A stretch of 64,000 nt of DNA from Synechococcales cyanobacterium (GCA_035285585.1 JAYKGU010000315.1:5040-69039), one strand, 5' to 3'. Positions 1 to 10,377 are shown, numbered from the stretch's first letter. Notes: a model not told the origin generated them from the sequence alone. Translations and numbers: made by a program.

Positions 1-510
1 ATGGGGAAAGGGGGCGACGACCTTATTCAGGGCAACGACGGTAAGGACATTCTCTTTGGCGACGAGGGGAACGACCAGCTATGGGGCGGGCGCAACCGCG
101 ATAAGCTCCATGGCGGGACGGGCAATGACAAAATGTGGGGCAATGGGGGCCATGACGTCCTTTTCGGCAACGATGGCAACGATACCCTCTATGGGGGCAT
201 GGGCAGGGATCGATTGATTGGGGGCGCAGGCAGCGATACCTTTGTTTACACGAAACGGAGCGATCGCCGCGACCTCATTACCGACTTCCAGGTGGGCACC
301 GACCAGATCGACCTGTCCCGGCTCCTCAAATCCCTCAAAATCTCTGAGACCAACGTTTTGGGGAACATTGTCCAGCTTCAACAGCGGAGCGATCGCACCC
401 TGGTCCGCATTGACGCCGATGGCTCAGAGGGCAACCAGTCGGCCTTTACCCTGGTAGCCCTGAAAGGCGTTAGCGCCAGCGATCTGCAGGCCAGCGACTT
501 CGTTTTCTAG
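1..510 (+). CDS. RTX/hemolysin-type calcium-binding repeat protein, C-terminal fragment (5' end outside window)
   Basis: Repeated GGxGxD nonapeptide motifs (GNDGKDILFGDEGNDQLWGG...GGAGSDTF) typical of RTX beta-roll; ORF open at window start. Confidence 0.6.
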   Translation: MGKGGDDLIQGNDGKDILFGDEGNDQLWGGRNRDKLHGGTGNDKMWGNGGHDVLFGNDGNDTLYGGMGRDRLIGGAGSDTFVYTKRSDRRDLITDFQVGTDQIDLSRLLKSLKISETNVLGNIVQLQQRSDRTLVRIDADGSEGNQSAFTLVALKGVSASDLQASDFVF

Positions 511-602
511 GCCACCCTCCTGCATTTGCGGCAGGTTCTCACCCAAGGCTGGACAATCCGAACGGGACAGTGGAGTGTTCAGCATCCCACTGTCCTAGCG
601 GC

Positions 603-2573
603 TCAGGCTCCAGAGCGCAGTTTGTCCAGCACCGAGCGATCCTCCAGGGTCGAGGTATCCCCCGACACCTCCTGGCCTGCCGCCAGGGAGCGCAGCAGCC
701 GCCGCATAATCTTGCCCGATCGCGTCTTGGGCAGGGCGTCGCTGAACTGAATTTCTCCCGGACGGGCGATCGCCCCGATTTCCTTGACTACGTGCTGCTT
801 CAGCTCATTCTTCAGGGCGTCACTGGGTTCCACGTCCCCTTCCAGGGTGATAAACGCAAAGATTTCTTCTCCTTTCAGCTCATCGGGCTTGCCCACCACA
901 GCGGCCTCCGCCACGGCGGGATGGGAAACCAGGGCCGACTCAATTTCCATCGTCCCCAGGCGGTGGCCCGAAACGCTGATCACATCATCCACCCGGCCCA
1001 TCACCCAGAAGTAGCCGTCCTCATCCCTGCGGGCACCGTCCCCGGCAAAGTAGAGATAATGGCCATCCTTCGGGGCAATGTGCTCCCAGTAGGTGCGGCG
1101 GAAGCGATCCGGATCGCCGTACACCGTGCGCATCATTCCCGGCCAGGGGTGGTTCACCACCAGGTAGCCCCCTTCGTTTGCGCCCACGGGGTTGCCGTCC
1201 AGATCCACCACGTCTGCCAGAATACCAGGGAAGGGCCGGGTGGCCGATCCGGGCTTGGTGGGAATTGCCCCCGGCAGAGGCGTGATCATCACGCCGCCCG
1301 TTTCCGTCTGCCACCAGGTATCCACAATGGGGCAGCGGCTGTTGCCAATCACCCGGTGATACCACATCCAGGCTTCGGGGTTGATGGGTTCGCCCACGGT
1401 ACCCAACAGCCGCAGGGAGGATAGATTGCGCGAGCGGGGGTGGTGCTCACCCATGCGGATGAAGGCCCGAATGGCGGTGGGAGCAGTGTAAAAGATATTC
1501 ACGCCATACTTTTCCACCACGTCCCAGAAGCAGCCCGGATTGGACGGTCGGGGCACGCCCTCATACATAACGCTGGTGGCTCCGTTGGAAAGGGGGCCGT
1601 AGACGATATAGCTGTGTCCGGTAATCCAGCCCACGTCCGCCGTACACCAGTAGACATCTGTGTCCTGCAGGTCAAAAATCCACTTAGTGGTCATGTGGGT
1701 GTAGAGGTTGTAGCCTGCGGTGGTGTGGACGACGCCCTTGGGTTTGCCGGTGCTGCCGGAGGTGTAGAGGATAAAGAGCAGATCTTCGCTGTCCATCGGC
1801 TCGGCGGGGCAGTCTGCCGAAACGCCCTGCTGCAGGTCGTGCCACCAGTGGTCGCGCCCCGGCTCCATCGTTATATCTTCTCTGGTGCGCTGCACTACCA
1901 GCACATTTTCGACCGTGGGGGCAGCACCGTTGGCCAGGGCGGCATCCACCTGGCTCTTGAGGGCGATCACCTTGTCTTTGCGGAAGCCACCATCGGCGGT
2001 CACCACCAGCTTGGCCTTGCCATCGTTGAGGCGATCGCGCAATGCCTCGGCACTAAACCCGCCAAACACCACTGTATGAGGCGCACCAATACGAGCACAG
2101 GCCAGCATGGCGATCGCCGCCTCTGGAATCATGGGCATGTAGATGCCCACCACGTCTCCTTTTTGAATGCCCAACTGCTTGAGCACATTGGCAAATTGAC
2201 AAACTTCCCGGTGGAGCTGGGCATAGGTGAGGGTGCGGGAATCCCCCGGCTCCCCTTCCCAAATGAGGGCCGCCTTATTGCGCCGCCAGGTGGTCAGGTG
2301 GCGATCGAGGCAGTTATAGGACAGGTTGAGCTTCCCCCCGTCAAACCACTTGGCAAACGGCGGCTGCCAGTCTAAAACGGTTTGCCATTTTTGAAACCAG
2401 TGCAGTTCGGTTTCAGCCAGCTCTGCCCAAAACTGCTCCGGGTTAGCCCTGGCCTGCTCGTAAAGGCGCTCGTAGTCTGCCAGACTCTTAATGTGCGCGT
2501 TCTGGGCAAATTCCTGGGGAGGTTGGAAGAGCCGGTTTTCGTGGAGGACGGATTCAATTGCAGGGTGTGACAT
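603..2573 (-). CDS. acs: acetyl-CoA synthetase (AMP-forming)
   Basis: 656 aa; N-terminus ...[12 protein letters not shown]..., motifs [11 protein letters not shown], adenylate-forming domain signature; full-length. Confidence 0.9.
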   Translation of the reverse strand: MSHPAIESVLHENRLFQPPQEFAQNAHIKSLADYERLYEQARANPEQFWAELAETELHWFQKWQTVLDWQPPFAKWFDGGKLNLSYNCLDRHLTTWRRNKAALIWEGEPGDSRTLTYAQLHREVCQFANVLKQLGIQKGDVVGIYMPMIPEAAIAMLACARIGAPHTVVFGGFSAEALRDRLNDGKAKLVVTADGGFRKDKVIALKSQVDAALANGAAPTVENVLVVQRTREDITMEPGRDHWWHDLQQGVSADCPAEPMDSEDLLFILYTSGSTGKPKGVVHTTAGYNLYTHMTTKWIFDLQDTDVYWCTADVGWITGHSYIVYGPLSNGATSVMYEGVPRPSNPGCFWDVVEKYGVNIFYTAPTAIRAFIRMGEHHPRSRNLSSLRLLGTVGEPINPEAWMWYHRVIGNSRCPIVDTWWQTETGGVMITPLPGAIPTKPGSATRPFPGILADVVDLDGNPVGANEGGYLVVNHPWPGMMRTVYGDPDRFRRTYWEHIAPKDGHYLYFAGDGARRDEDGYFWVMGRVDDVISVSGHRLGTMEIESALVSHPAVAEAAVVGKPDELKGEEIFAFITLEGDVEPSDALKNELKQHVVKEIGAIARPGEIQFSDALPKTRSGKIMRRLLRSLAAGQEVSGDTSTLEDRSVLDKLRSGA

Positions 2574-2763
2574 GGGTAAATCAGCAGCAGAACAATGAAG
2601 AGTAAAGGGTTTCAGGGGCGATCGCCAGTACCTGACCCAGCCATTCCAGTACCATACTGCGTTTCCTGGTTAATTGAGCAACCAGTTAGATTTTCTTTAA
2701 GCTGCGACGAAAGTGGCGCAATTTCCAGGAAAATTGGGAAACTATCCTGCAGATAGGATCCAC

Positions 2764-2795
2764 CATTTTTCTAGGCCGAATTTTGAGCAGGCCGA
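2764..2795. repeat. perfect tandem direct repeat 2 x 16 nt (GGCCGAATTTTGAGCA)
   Basis: read directly in acs / 3201-ORF divergent intergenic region. Confidence 0.8.
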
Positions 2796-2857
2796 ATTTT
2801 GAGCATGTTGAAAACTATTACAAATCTTCTGAAATGAGCTACCCTTATGACATCTGT

Positions 2858-2892
2858 GGGCATAGGTTGAAAATATGGGCATAGGTTGAAAA
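2858..2892. repeat. tandem direct repeat 2 x 16 nt (GGGCATAGGTTGAAAA) separated by 3 nt
   Basis: read directly in same intergenic region, ~60 nt downstream of first repeat pair. Confidence 0.8.
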
Positions 2893-3200
2893 GAGCAATT
2901 CTGCCGCAAGAGTTATCGTTAGATAGCTGTGGATCAATAGCTGCAGGTTCATATCTTTAGGCAGATGCTTTCACATAGATGTTTCCGACCAGCGATTTAC
3001 AATCTACCTACAAACGTCCGCCAGCTTTTTCTAAGCACATGTTCCCAGCTTATTTGCTAATCAGCCCTTCTGGACAGTCGCAAAGCGGGCCGGGTGAGAT
3101 GAGGATTCTGAAATCGAACTGGGAAACCTAATGTTCAAAGCCGCGAAAAAAGCATCCATCTTTTATTTGCCGCCTCTATTGTTTAGTCAAGGATTCTGTC

Positions 3201-6200
3201 GTGACTTCTCAACGGGATCAATTACAAGCGCTTATTAAGAGAATTGACGATTTGCTGAAGCGCACCGACTCTCGGTCCGGCGTTCGGCTACCCGAAATGG
3301 GGGCAGAGCGCCAGGTACTGGCGCAAACCCGTGAGTACCTGAGCCGCCTGGAGCAGCAAATGGCGGGCGGGCAGCCCTTTCCCCAGCCCGATAACGGCAG
3401 CGCCCTGATGGCCCAAAATCAGCAGGGGTGGCAGGCTCCAGCGCCGCAGATGGCCGAAACGGCCCAGCAGGTGCTGCAGGCCATTGTGCAGGAAATGAGC
3501 TTCCTGCGCACCAACATGATGCAGCCGCTGCGGGAAGAGGTGATTCAGCTTCAGCAAGAGCGGCACTTGCTGACAACCGAGATTCAGCGACTGCAGCAAG
3601 AGCGCCAGCAGCTGGCGGCGTCGCCCCAGCTCAACCAGCAAAAAATGATCCAGGAGTTTCTGAAAACGCTGATGGGGCGGCTGCAGGAGCAGCTTGCAGG
3701 CCAGGTGGCCCAGGCGATCGCCAATCTGGAAGCCCAGGCGGCTCAAACCTACTCGCTCACTGGGGGGGCTGCCCCCCAACAAATCCAGGGCCAGTCCACG
3801 GCCCTGCCCCGCCTGTCTCCCGCCGAACGACTCAAGCACCTGCAGCGCTTACAGGCCCAGTCTGACGATTTACTGCTGCGGCTGGACTCGACCCTGCGCG
3901 TCGTTTTTGAATCGCTGCAAACTAACGTTACTAGCTACCAGGACTCCCTCGCTCAGGGCCTGGAAACCATGCAAAGCCTTGGTCAGCCTGGAGAAACCAT
4001 GTTTACCGCCCTGGTGAATCGGCTGGCCAATCAGCTGGGGCGGGAAGCCTCTTATTACCTCAAGTCGCCGCCGCCCACCGAGTGGGAACTGCCCGGTCTG
4101 GCCAGCACCGACCAGGGAACAGATATTTTACTGGCCAATTCACCTGCAGACCAGGCTGAACAGCCACCGACATCCTCCGTGGCGGCGTCTCAGAATGTCC
4201 AGGACGAGATCCCCGACGACCAGGTCAACCGCATCCTGGGAACGGCTGCGCCTGCACCCGCCTCGTCCGCGCCAGAAACAGCCGCCCCGATCAGCCACCC
4301 CCTCATCAACGATCTGCTCAACGACCTGGATGCAGACCTGGCTAACCTGAACCAGGAGGACGACCTGGAGCTAGACCTGGGCCTGGACAACCTGGATCTG
4401 GACGCCGCCAGCATCGATTTGGCCGATGAGCTGTCCGACGGGGACACACCCACGCCGCTTGCCGATGACCCGTCTCCCCTACCACCAGCCGCCGCGCCTC
4501 AGCCCCCTAGCATTGAGGTAAATGACCTGTTTAGTGAGCTGGGTGAGCTGAATGAATTGGATGCAGCACCTGATGTCGCCGATGTCCCCGCTGACGCTGC
4601 CCCCCCAGAAAGAATGCCCGGAGCAGTCGATGCCGAGACAGATGAGGCCCTGGCGTTGCTGAACCAGCTCGCTACCGAGATGGAGGATCAGTTAGATGAA
4701 TCACCCTGGGATAAGCCAGGGGAGGAGACGAGCGATCGCCCGTCGGAGGATAATCTATCTGAAATGGCCACCCAAAGCGATTGGGATGCCCTGGATGAAC
4801 CGCTCTATGGCGATCGCCCCGACCTCTATGCAGAATCATCTGGCCTTCTGAATAACGAAATTGACCACGCGATCAGCGACAGCTTTGAGGACGAACTTGA
4901 AGCCGAGCTTGAAGCCGAGCTTGAAACCGAGCTTGAAGACAAACCTGCAGCCGCAGCAGACGAGATCGATGATTTTTATGCCGTCTTCAACGCCGCTACC
5001 GGCAGCGATCCATTAAGCTCGGACGACGATATTGACTCCTATGATCTCGATCCAGATGACCTCGATTCCAAAGAGGGCCATCAGGAAATTGACTCAGAAG
5101 CCTCTCTCTCGAACCTGTTTGATGAAACGGCTGACGAAACGGCTGAGGAAGAGTTCTTCACTGCCTCAGCCGGGCAGCCCGACTGGAACCAAATCGGCGG
5201 CTCAGAGGAGGTGGAGACAATCCAGCGCCTGACGGATCTGGTGCCCGATGACCCCTTCCCTGACTCAGATATGTCCACTGAGCTGTCTGAGCTAGCCGCG
5301 GGCGATCGCTATACCAACGGTTCAGCAGACATTTATATCCAGGCCTCTCCCGATGAAGACCTGCTCTCAACCACAGATACGGCGCTCACATCGGCTGATT
5401 TTCAGCTCGACGACACCCTGATGCGCCAGCTTTCAGTGGATCTGTCAAGCCTGGAAGGGCTGGAAGACGTGGAAGACGTGGAAGATACGGGGCTGGCAGA
5501 AGGCCCACCCACCGCCGCCGAAGAAGACTGGGCGGCAGCGGCAGCTACCCTTGATGCTTTTAGCGATGAGCTGGGGCCGCAAATTTCCCCTGACGAATCG
5601 GCTTTTGCTGAGCAACCTTCCCCAGAACATGTCCCCGATGCGCCTCCCGAGGCAGAGGGATCTGGAGCTGACTCTAGCGAATTGAGCAACGGGATGACGC
5701 TAGACAGCTTTGCAGACCGGATTTGGCCGCCTGCTTCGATCCTGGCAGACGAAACAGATGCAAGCCCTGCCGCCTCAGCGCCAGCCAACCCATCTCTGGA
5801 AGGCACCATCGAGTCGCTGTTTGAAGATGAAGGCTGGAAAACCCTCTCCCAAAATGAACCTGGTTCAGCCAGCCACTCGGCTGCTATTTCCCAGGAGGAT
5901 TTGGGCCTTGATGGACTGTTTCAGACGGACGACGGGGATGATGCCCTGTCCGATCCTCCGGCAACCCCAGCGCGATCGCCCAACCGTCCCACCGATGATC
6001 CTGAGACGCTCACCTATCCCTCGGCCCAGCTCTTTGCGGATCTCTTCCCCACCCCATCAGTTCCGGCTGAAGGGGAGATGGGCGATCGCTTCGACATGAC
6101 CCTGGATGATTTCGGCATGGCCGCCGATCCCTGGGAAGAAGTACCCGCCAACCCATCACCCGCCGCCGATTCTGATACCGGAGCAGGAGAAGAAACGCTG

Positions 6201-6470
6201 ACCCGCGAGAGCATTGCCGCCCTATTTAGCGACTTACCGGAGGAAGCCCCTGGTGCGCCATCCCAGGGGGAAAGCCCGGAGCAAACCCTGGCCGATCTGC
6301 TGCGGAACCCTAACGCATCGGTGCCGGGGCGCGATCGCCCCCCTGAGACCATCGAATTCCCCTCCCCGGAAGGGCTGGATCGGGAGAACGACCTCGATCC
6401 TTTCTCCCTGCTTTTTGAGTCGCGGGATGTGGATACTCCCAGCGGCGAGGATACTGAAAAAAAAAACTAG
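3201..6470 (+). CDS. large coiled-coil / highly acidic low-complexity protein (N-terminal ~300 aa Q/L-rich heptad-like; C-terminal ~750 aa D/E/P/A-rich disordered)
   Basis: 1089-aa uninterrupted ORF, GTG start with AAGGA SD; internal 12-nt and 9-nt tandem repeats coding ELEA/VED; no recognisable enzymatic motif. Confidence 0.6.
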   Translation: MTSQRDQLQALIKRIDDLLKRTDSRSGVRLPEMGAERQVLAQTREYLSRLEQQMAGGQPFPQPDNGSALMAQNQQGWQAPAPQMAETAQQVLQAIVQEMSFLRTNMMQPLREEVIQLQQERHLLTTEIQRLQQERQQLAASPQLNQQKMIQEFLKTLMGRLQEQLAGQVAQAIANLEAQAAQTYSLTGGAAPQQIQGQSTALPRLSPAERLKHLQRLQAQSDDLLLRLDSTLRVVFESLQTNVTSYQDSLAQGLETMQSLGQPGETMFTALVNRLANQLGREASYYLKSPPPTEWELPGLASTDQGTDILLANSPADQAEQPPTSSVAASQNVQDEIPDDQVNRILGTAAPAPASSAPETAAPISHPLINDLLNDLDADLANLNQEDDLELDLGLDNLDLDAASIDLADELSDGDTPTPLADDPSPLPPAAAPQPPSIEVNDLFSELGELNELDAAPDVADVPADAAPPERMPGAVDAETDEALALLNQLATEMEDQLDESPWDKPGEETSDRPSEDNLSEMATQSDWDALDEPLYGDRPDLYAESSGLLNNEIDHAISDSFEDELEAELEAELETELEDKPAAAADEIDDFYAVFNAATGSDPLSSDDDIDSYDLDPDDLDSKEGHQEIDSEASLSNLFDETADETAEEEFFTASAGQPDWNQIGGSEEVETIQRLTDLVPDDPFPDSDMSTELSELAAGDRYTNGSADIYIQASPDEDLLSTTDTALTSADFQLDDTLMRQLSVDLSSLEGLEDVEDVEDTGLAEGPPTAAEEDWAAAAATLDAFSDELGPQISPDESAFAEQPSPEHVPDAPPEAEGSGADSSELSNGMTLDSFADRIWPPASILADETDASPAASAPANPSLEGTIESLFEDEGWKTLSQNEPGSASHSAAISQEDLGLDGLFQTDDGDDALSDPPATPARSPNRPTDDPETLTYPSAQLFADLFPTPSVPAEGEMGDRFDMTLDDFGMAADPWEEVPANPSPAADSDTGAGEETLTRESIAALFSDLPEEAPGAPSQGESPEQTLADLLRNPNASVPGRDRPPETIEFPSPEGLDRENDLDPFSLLFESRDVDTPSGEDTEKKN

Positions 6471-6511
6471 CTGAACCGGCAGCACCAACCGATTCTCCCC
6501 GGCCATTCGCC

Positions 6512-8407
6512 ATGCCCCCCGCCCTGGATGACTGGCCGCGAGAGGCGGGTGAGTCGCCCTGGTGCTTAGGGATCGACATCGGTACCACGGGCATCTCAGC
6601 GGTGCTGCTCCATCGCGTCGAGCGCCGTCTTTATCCGCTCTACTGGCAGCGACTGGAGGGTGCTTCAACGCCCCGATTGGGTCGCCGCTTTCGCCTCCCT
6701 GCTACCGTGCAGTATGTTCAGAATGGGCAGGGGGGAAGCCTCGACATTCTGGCCAGTTTTGCCGACCAGCCTCCCCAGGCCCCCCCCCATGGTTCCGCAA
6801 GCCTGCAGCTTGACAGCCTCAAGCCCTACCTCAATCTGGCCATTCCCCACTATTCACCTCAGACTGAACAGTGGGAGCCAGTGCTGCAGTGGTCCAACTC
6901 CCAGGCCATCACCCTCAGCTGGATTTACCAAACCCTGCTTTCGCTGCTGGCAACTCTGAATCAGCGATCGCCCTCCACGTCCCTCTGGCAAATGGCCCCA
7001 CGACCAATGCTGGTGTGTGGCGCAGTGGGGCTGGCGGATGAACAGCTTCATGAAGCCCTGCGTCAAACGGCGGTTGTCCTGGTGGGCTGTCCTGCTGACT
7101 GGACGGAGGCCTATCGGTTCAACATTCGGGAGGCTCTCTTGGGGGCACGGCTGGTGTCGCGGCCTCAGCAAGTTCTATTCGTAGACGAGGCGATCGCCAC
7201 CCTCCTGTCCGAGTTGCGCAGTGCCGATGCCCAACCCATTACCCTCCCCAGCCAGCTCTCCCACAAACCCCAGCTCTACAGCCGCGACTGGCAGGGCCAT
7301 ACGCTAATCATCAATGGCGGCGCAGCGGTAACCGAATTAGCCCTGGTCAATTTGCCTGGAGCCAACGACCCGCTCACCCACACGGCATTTCTCCGACGAA
7401 CCCTGCCCTATGCAGGCCACGCCCTCGACCAGGATATCGTCTGCCAGATTCTTTATCCGCTGCTGTGTAGCCGAGTGCCCGCCCAACAGGCACTGCAGGA
7501 CTTCCTCACCCAGCTCGATCTGGCGACGGTAGACTTTCCCTCCGTAGGGGAACCGGATTTAGTTAAGCGCCATCGGCTGCAGCAGCGGCTCCGGCAGTCG
7601 GCCCAGGGGCTGGAGTGTCTGGCGATCGCCCGCCGCCTGAAGGTTCACCTGCAGCACAAAACCGAAGATACCTTTGAACTAGCTGGGCAGACCTGGAGCG
7701 TCACCCGCCCGGATCTGGGCAGCCGAATCTTTTTACCCTACATCCAGCGGCTCAAGCGCGACATCAATGCGCTCCTGGAAAAACAAGACATCCAACCCGC
7801 AGCGATTCAGCAAATCATCTGTTCCGGTGGCACAGCCTCGCTGCGCATGGTGGCCCTCTGGCTACGGGAAAAGTTTGCCAACGCCACTATCGTACAAGAC
7901 ACCTATGGGGGCGATCGCCCTTCGCCCCACCACGATGCCCTGTCTACCTGCAGCCGCGTTGCCTATGGGCTGGCAGCCCTGCCGCTCCACCCCCACTTGC
8001 TGGAGTCCCTCCAGCAGACCTGCGAGCCTTATCATCTCCTGGCGCTGCTGCTGCAGATGCCTCCAGATGTGTCCCTATCTCTGGAGGCCATCCTCTCTTT
8101 TCTGCAGGAGCACGGCATTGATCCCGAACGGTGCCATCAGGAAGTGTTGGCCATTCTGGAGTCCCACCTGCCAGCCGGTCTGGTGCCCACCGCCCCTGAC
8201 CAGGTGCTGCTCACGGTGCCCTCCTGGGACTACATGCAAACCCAACTTTCCTCAGAGACGCCGCTGTTTCAGCCTATGGGCGATCGCCTCTACCATGCCA
8301 ATGCCCAACAGTGGCAGCGGCTGCATCGCTATTTACACTTGATTACCACCAGCACGCGGCAAAAGTTTTTTGATGCAGCAGGGGTCAGCTTTACGCTCCA
8401 TCGCTAG
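6512..8407 (+). CDS. divergent actin/Hsp70-fold (ASKHA) ATPase-like protein with C-terminal helical domain
   Basis: 631 aa; phosphate-1-like GIDIGTTGISAV near N-terminus, phosphate-2-like LIINGGAAVTEL, adenosine-motif-like IICSGGTASLRMV; 41-nt gap after preceding gene suggests operon. Confidence 0.55.
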   Translation: MPPALDDWPREAGESPWCLGIDIGTTGISAVLLHRVERRLYPLYWQRLEGASTPRLGRRFRLPATVQYVQNGQGGSLDILASFADQPPQAPPHGSASLQLDSLKPYLNLAIPHYSPQTEQWEPVLQWSNSQAITLSWIYQTLLSLLATLNQRSPSTSLWQMAPRPMLVCGAVGLADEQLHEALRQTAVVLVGCPADWTEAYRFNIREALLGARLVSRPQQVLFVDEAIATLLSELRSADAQPITLPSQLSHKPQLYSRDWQGHTLIINGGAAVTELALVNLPGANDPLTHTAFLRRTLPYAGHALDQDIVCQILYPLLCSRVPAQQALQDFLTQLDLATVDFPSVGEPDLVKRHRLQQRLRQSAQGLECLAIARRLKVHLQHKTEDTFELAGQTWSVTRPDLGSRIFLPYIQRLKRDINALLEKQDIQPAAIQQIICSGGTASLRMVALWLREKFANATIVQDTYGGDRPSPHHDALSTCSRVAYGLAALPLHPHLLESLQQTCEPYHLLALLLQMPPDVSLSLEAILSFLQEHGIDPERCHQEVLAILESHLPAGLVPTAPDQVLLTVPSWDYMQTQLSSETPLFQPMGDRLYHANAQQWQRLHRYLHLITTSTRQKFFDAAGVSFTLHR

Positions 8408-8922
8408 GAAATTACCGGAAATGGTCTGGTTGGTGTTGTAGGGGCAAATGGATTTGTCTTGAAAGTCCGTCGGCTCGGGATATTTTCTCTAGGAAAGTGC
8501 CTGAGACAGGGCCGCCTGCCAGGCTATCGGTAGTAAAACTGACATCCGTGGGAACTAGCGTCAGCGGGTTACACGGAGGCAGATGGTGGTTGTGGCAGAT
8601 CTCCATGGGGGGTTAGACCCCTCATAAGACTCTGCCAAGACCCTTGGAGATTCCACTGCCGGACTGAAGAGGTATAGCTTCTATCACATCTTTACAAAGG
8701 CCACATCGAATTCAAAGATTAGACAAATACCCGACATTTGCCTACCTGGATCCGAGAGACAATTCGTATATTTACGGAAAGACAATTTCATACCGCTTGC
8801 ACCAGTAGACATTCGTTTTACAAACTTCTCATCTAGCCTGTCATCATATATCTACTGCATCGGTCATCGTCGAAATATTAACCAGTCACCACCGAAAGGA
8901 AATTAAGAGATAAGGGCTTACC

Positions 8923-9618
8923 GTGATTACCACCTCTAACCTTTCCCCCTCCACTGCACATTCTCCCGCAAGGGTTCAGCCACCAGCCGCCGCTGGCATC
9001 TCTGAAAACTTGCATCCCTCCGTTAACAGCAAGCTCAAGCGATTGGTCGATATTGTCGGTGCCCTGGCTGGATTAGCCATTACCGCCCCAGTTGCCTTAG
9101 TCGTGGCGATCGCCACCCAATTTGATAACCCTGGCCCCATTTTCTACAGTCAAACTCGCTGTGGGGCAGGCGGCTATACCTTCCGCATCTGGAAGTTTCG
9201 CTCAATGGTTGTCAATGCCGACCAGCTCAAGCATCTGGTACCCAACCAGGCCAAGGGCCTTATCTTTAAGAACAGCAATGATCCCCGCATTACCCGTGTT
9301 GGCCGCTTCCTGCGTCGCACAAGCCTGGATGAATTGCCCCAGTTCTGGAACGTCCTTCGCGGTGAGATGAGTCTGGTGGGTACCCGCCCACCCACCGTGG
9401 ATGAAGTGCTGCAGTACGAACCCCACCACTGGAAGCGCCTGTACGTCAAACCAGGTATTACGGGCGAGTGGCAGGCCAATGGTCGTTCGAAGGTAGAAGA
9501 TTTTGAAGACATCGTTGCGCTAGACGTCGCTTACCAGGAAAAGTGGTCAGTGGCCTACGATATCTACCTCATCCTTAAGACCATCTGGGTGGTCTTGAAG
9601 AAGGAAGGCGCTTATTAA
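8923..9618 (+). CDS. polyprenyl glycosylphosphotransferase (bacterial sugar transferase, WbaP/ExoY family)
   Basis: TM helix then PGPIFYSQTRCG...FRSM...LDELPQFWNVLRGEMSLVGTRP signature of Bac_transf domain; GTG start. Confidence 0.8.
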   Translation: MITTSNLSPSTAHSPARVQPPAAAGISENLHPSVNSKLKRLVDIVGALAGLAITAPVALVVAIATQFDNPGPIFYSQTRCGAGGYTFRIWKFRSMVVNADQLKHLVPNQAKGLIFKNSNDPRITRVGRFLRRTSLDELPQFWNVLRGEMSLVGTRPPTVDEVLQYEPHHWKRLYVKPGITGEWQANGRSKVEDFEDIVALDVAYQEKWSVAYDIYLILKTIWVVLKKEGAY

Positions 9619-9695
9619 GTAGACCCTGAAAATCGACCCCAGGCAATAACCAGGGGCAACGATCTCATCGGCCTGTAGAAATCGTCATTAAAAAA

Positions 9696-9723
9696 GCGCA
9701 CCCTTTTGGATGCGCTTTTTTAA
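9696..9723 (+). terminator. rho-independent terminator (AGCGCA-loop-TGCGCT + T6)
   Basis: 6-bp GC stem, 10-nt loop, followed by TTTTTT, ~80 nt after sugar transferase stop. Confidence 0.6.
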
Positions 9724-9964
9724 TGGTTGCCATAGAGCTAGACCTCCAAGTCGGCTCAGCTCAGGAAAGGTTCTGCTCCATTGAGGGACATCCGGAGCAT
9801 TACAGTCGTTCAATATAGAGTTTTGTTAAACTTTAGGTGTAAGCGCTGGATAATTGACCGGATTCTTGAATAGCTTCGAAGTAAGTACCAATAAGATTTT
9901 TCGGCAAAAAACTTAACAGGTACAGGTCAACTCCTGTTAACCTGGGTACACTTAATAAAATAAC

Positions 9965-10009
9965 GGTAAACACTGAGCCGGTAAACGCTGAGTCGGTAAA
10001 TGCTGAATC
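9965..10009. repeat. degenerate tandem repeat 3 x 15 nt (GGTAAAYRCTGARYC)
   Basis: read directly in AT-rich stretch. Confidence 0.6.
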
Positions 10010-10136
10010 AACTTTGACCGGGCTGATCATGGCTGAACCAGGCGCTCCTGAATCTGTTTTGAATTTGTTTCTGAATTGACTCCTACCGGGTCACCGCTGC
10101 TGAATTAACCTACATCATCCACGCGGAGAAATCGTC

Positions 10137-10346
10137 ATGCCCCTCCCATCCAATGTAGATACATCAAGAGACACCCTTCAGAGCGTGATCGACCGCATTT
10201 TTGCAACAGGTCGAATTACCAACAGCGATAAAGATTGGTTACTGAAGGCGGCCCTATCAAACTCTGAACTCAGCTCAGCCGAAATGGATGCGGTGCGCCG
10301 GGTTTTTGATCGCCTCAAGATGGGGCTGGTCAAAGTGACGGACTAG
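10137..10346 (+). CDS. small hypothetical protein (69 aa)
   Basis: ORF only; SD-like GGAGAAA upstream; no family recognised. Confidence 0.25.
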   Translation: MPLPSNVDTSRDTLQSVIDRIFATGRITNSDKDWLLKAALSNSELSSAEMDAVRRVFDRLKMGLVKVTD

Positions 10347-10377
10347 TTAGCCAGCTTCATGGGTGGGGCAGACCCAG

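Noticed and set aside
570-2375. Two plus-strand ORFs (284 and 311 aa) covering acs
   Set aside because: Antisense to acetyl-CoA synthetase. No recognisable domains.
3201-6470. Whether the 1089-aa acidic ORF is a non-coding low-complexity region mis-called as a gene
   Set aside because: It is an uninterrupted 3.27-kb frame with a proper RBS. The strongly non-random N-terminal coiled-coil segment and in-frame repeat units (multiples of 3) argue for genuine coding sequence.
8440-8460. Half-copy TGTAGGGGCAAATGG resembling one arm of the palindromic repeat family
   Set aside because: No matching TGCCCCTA arm lies downstream. It is probably a chance similarity or a decayed copy, and was not counted as a family member.
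9965-10009. Short tandem repeats as possible CRISPR array
   Set aside because: There are only three degenerate 15-nt units with no spacers. No repeat-spacer architecture was seen anywhere in the window and no cas genes.
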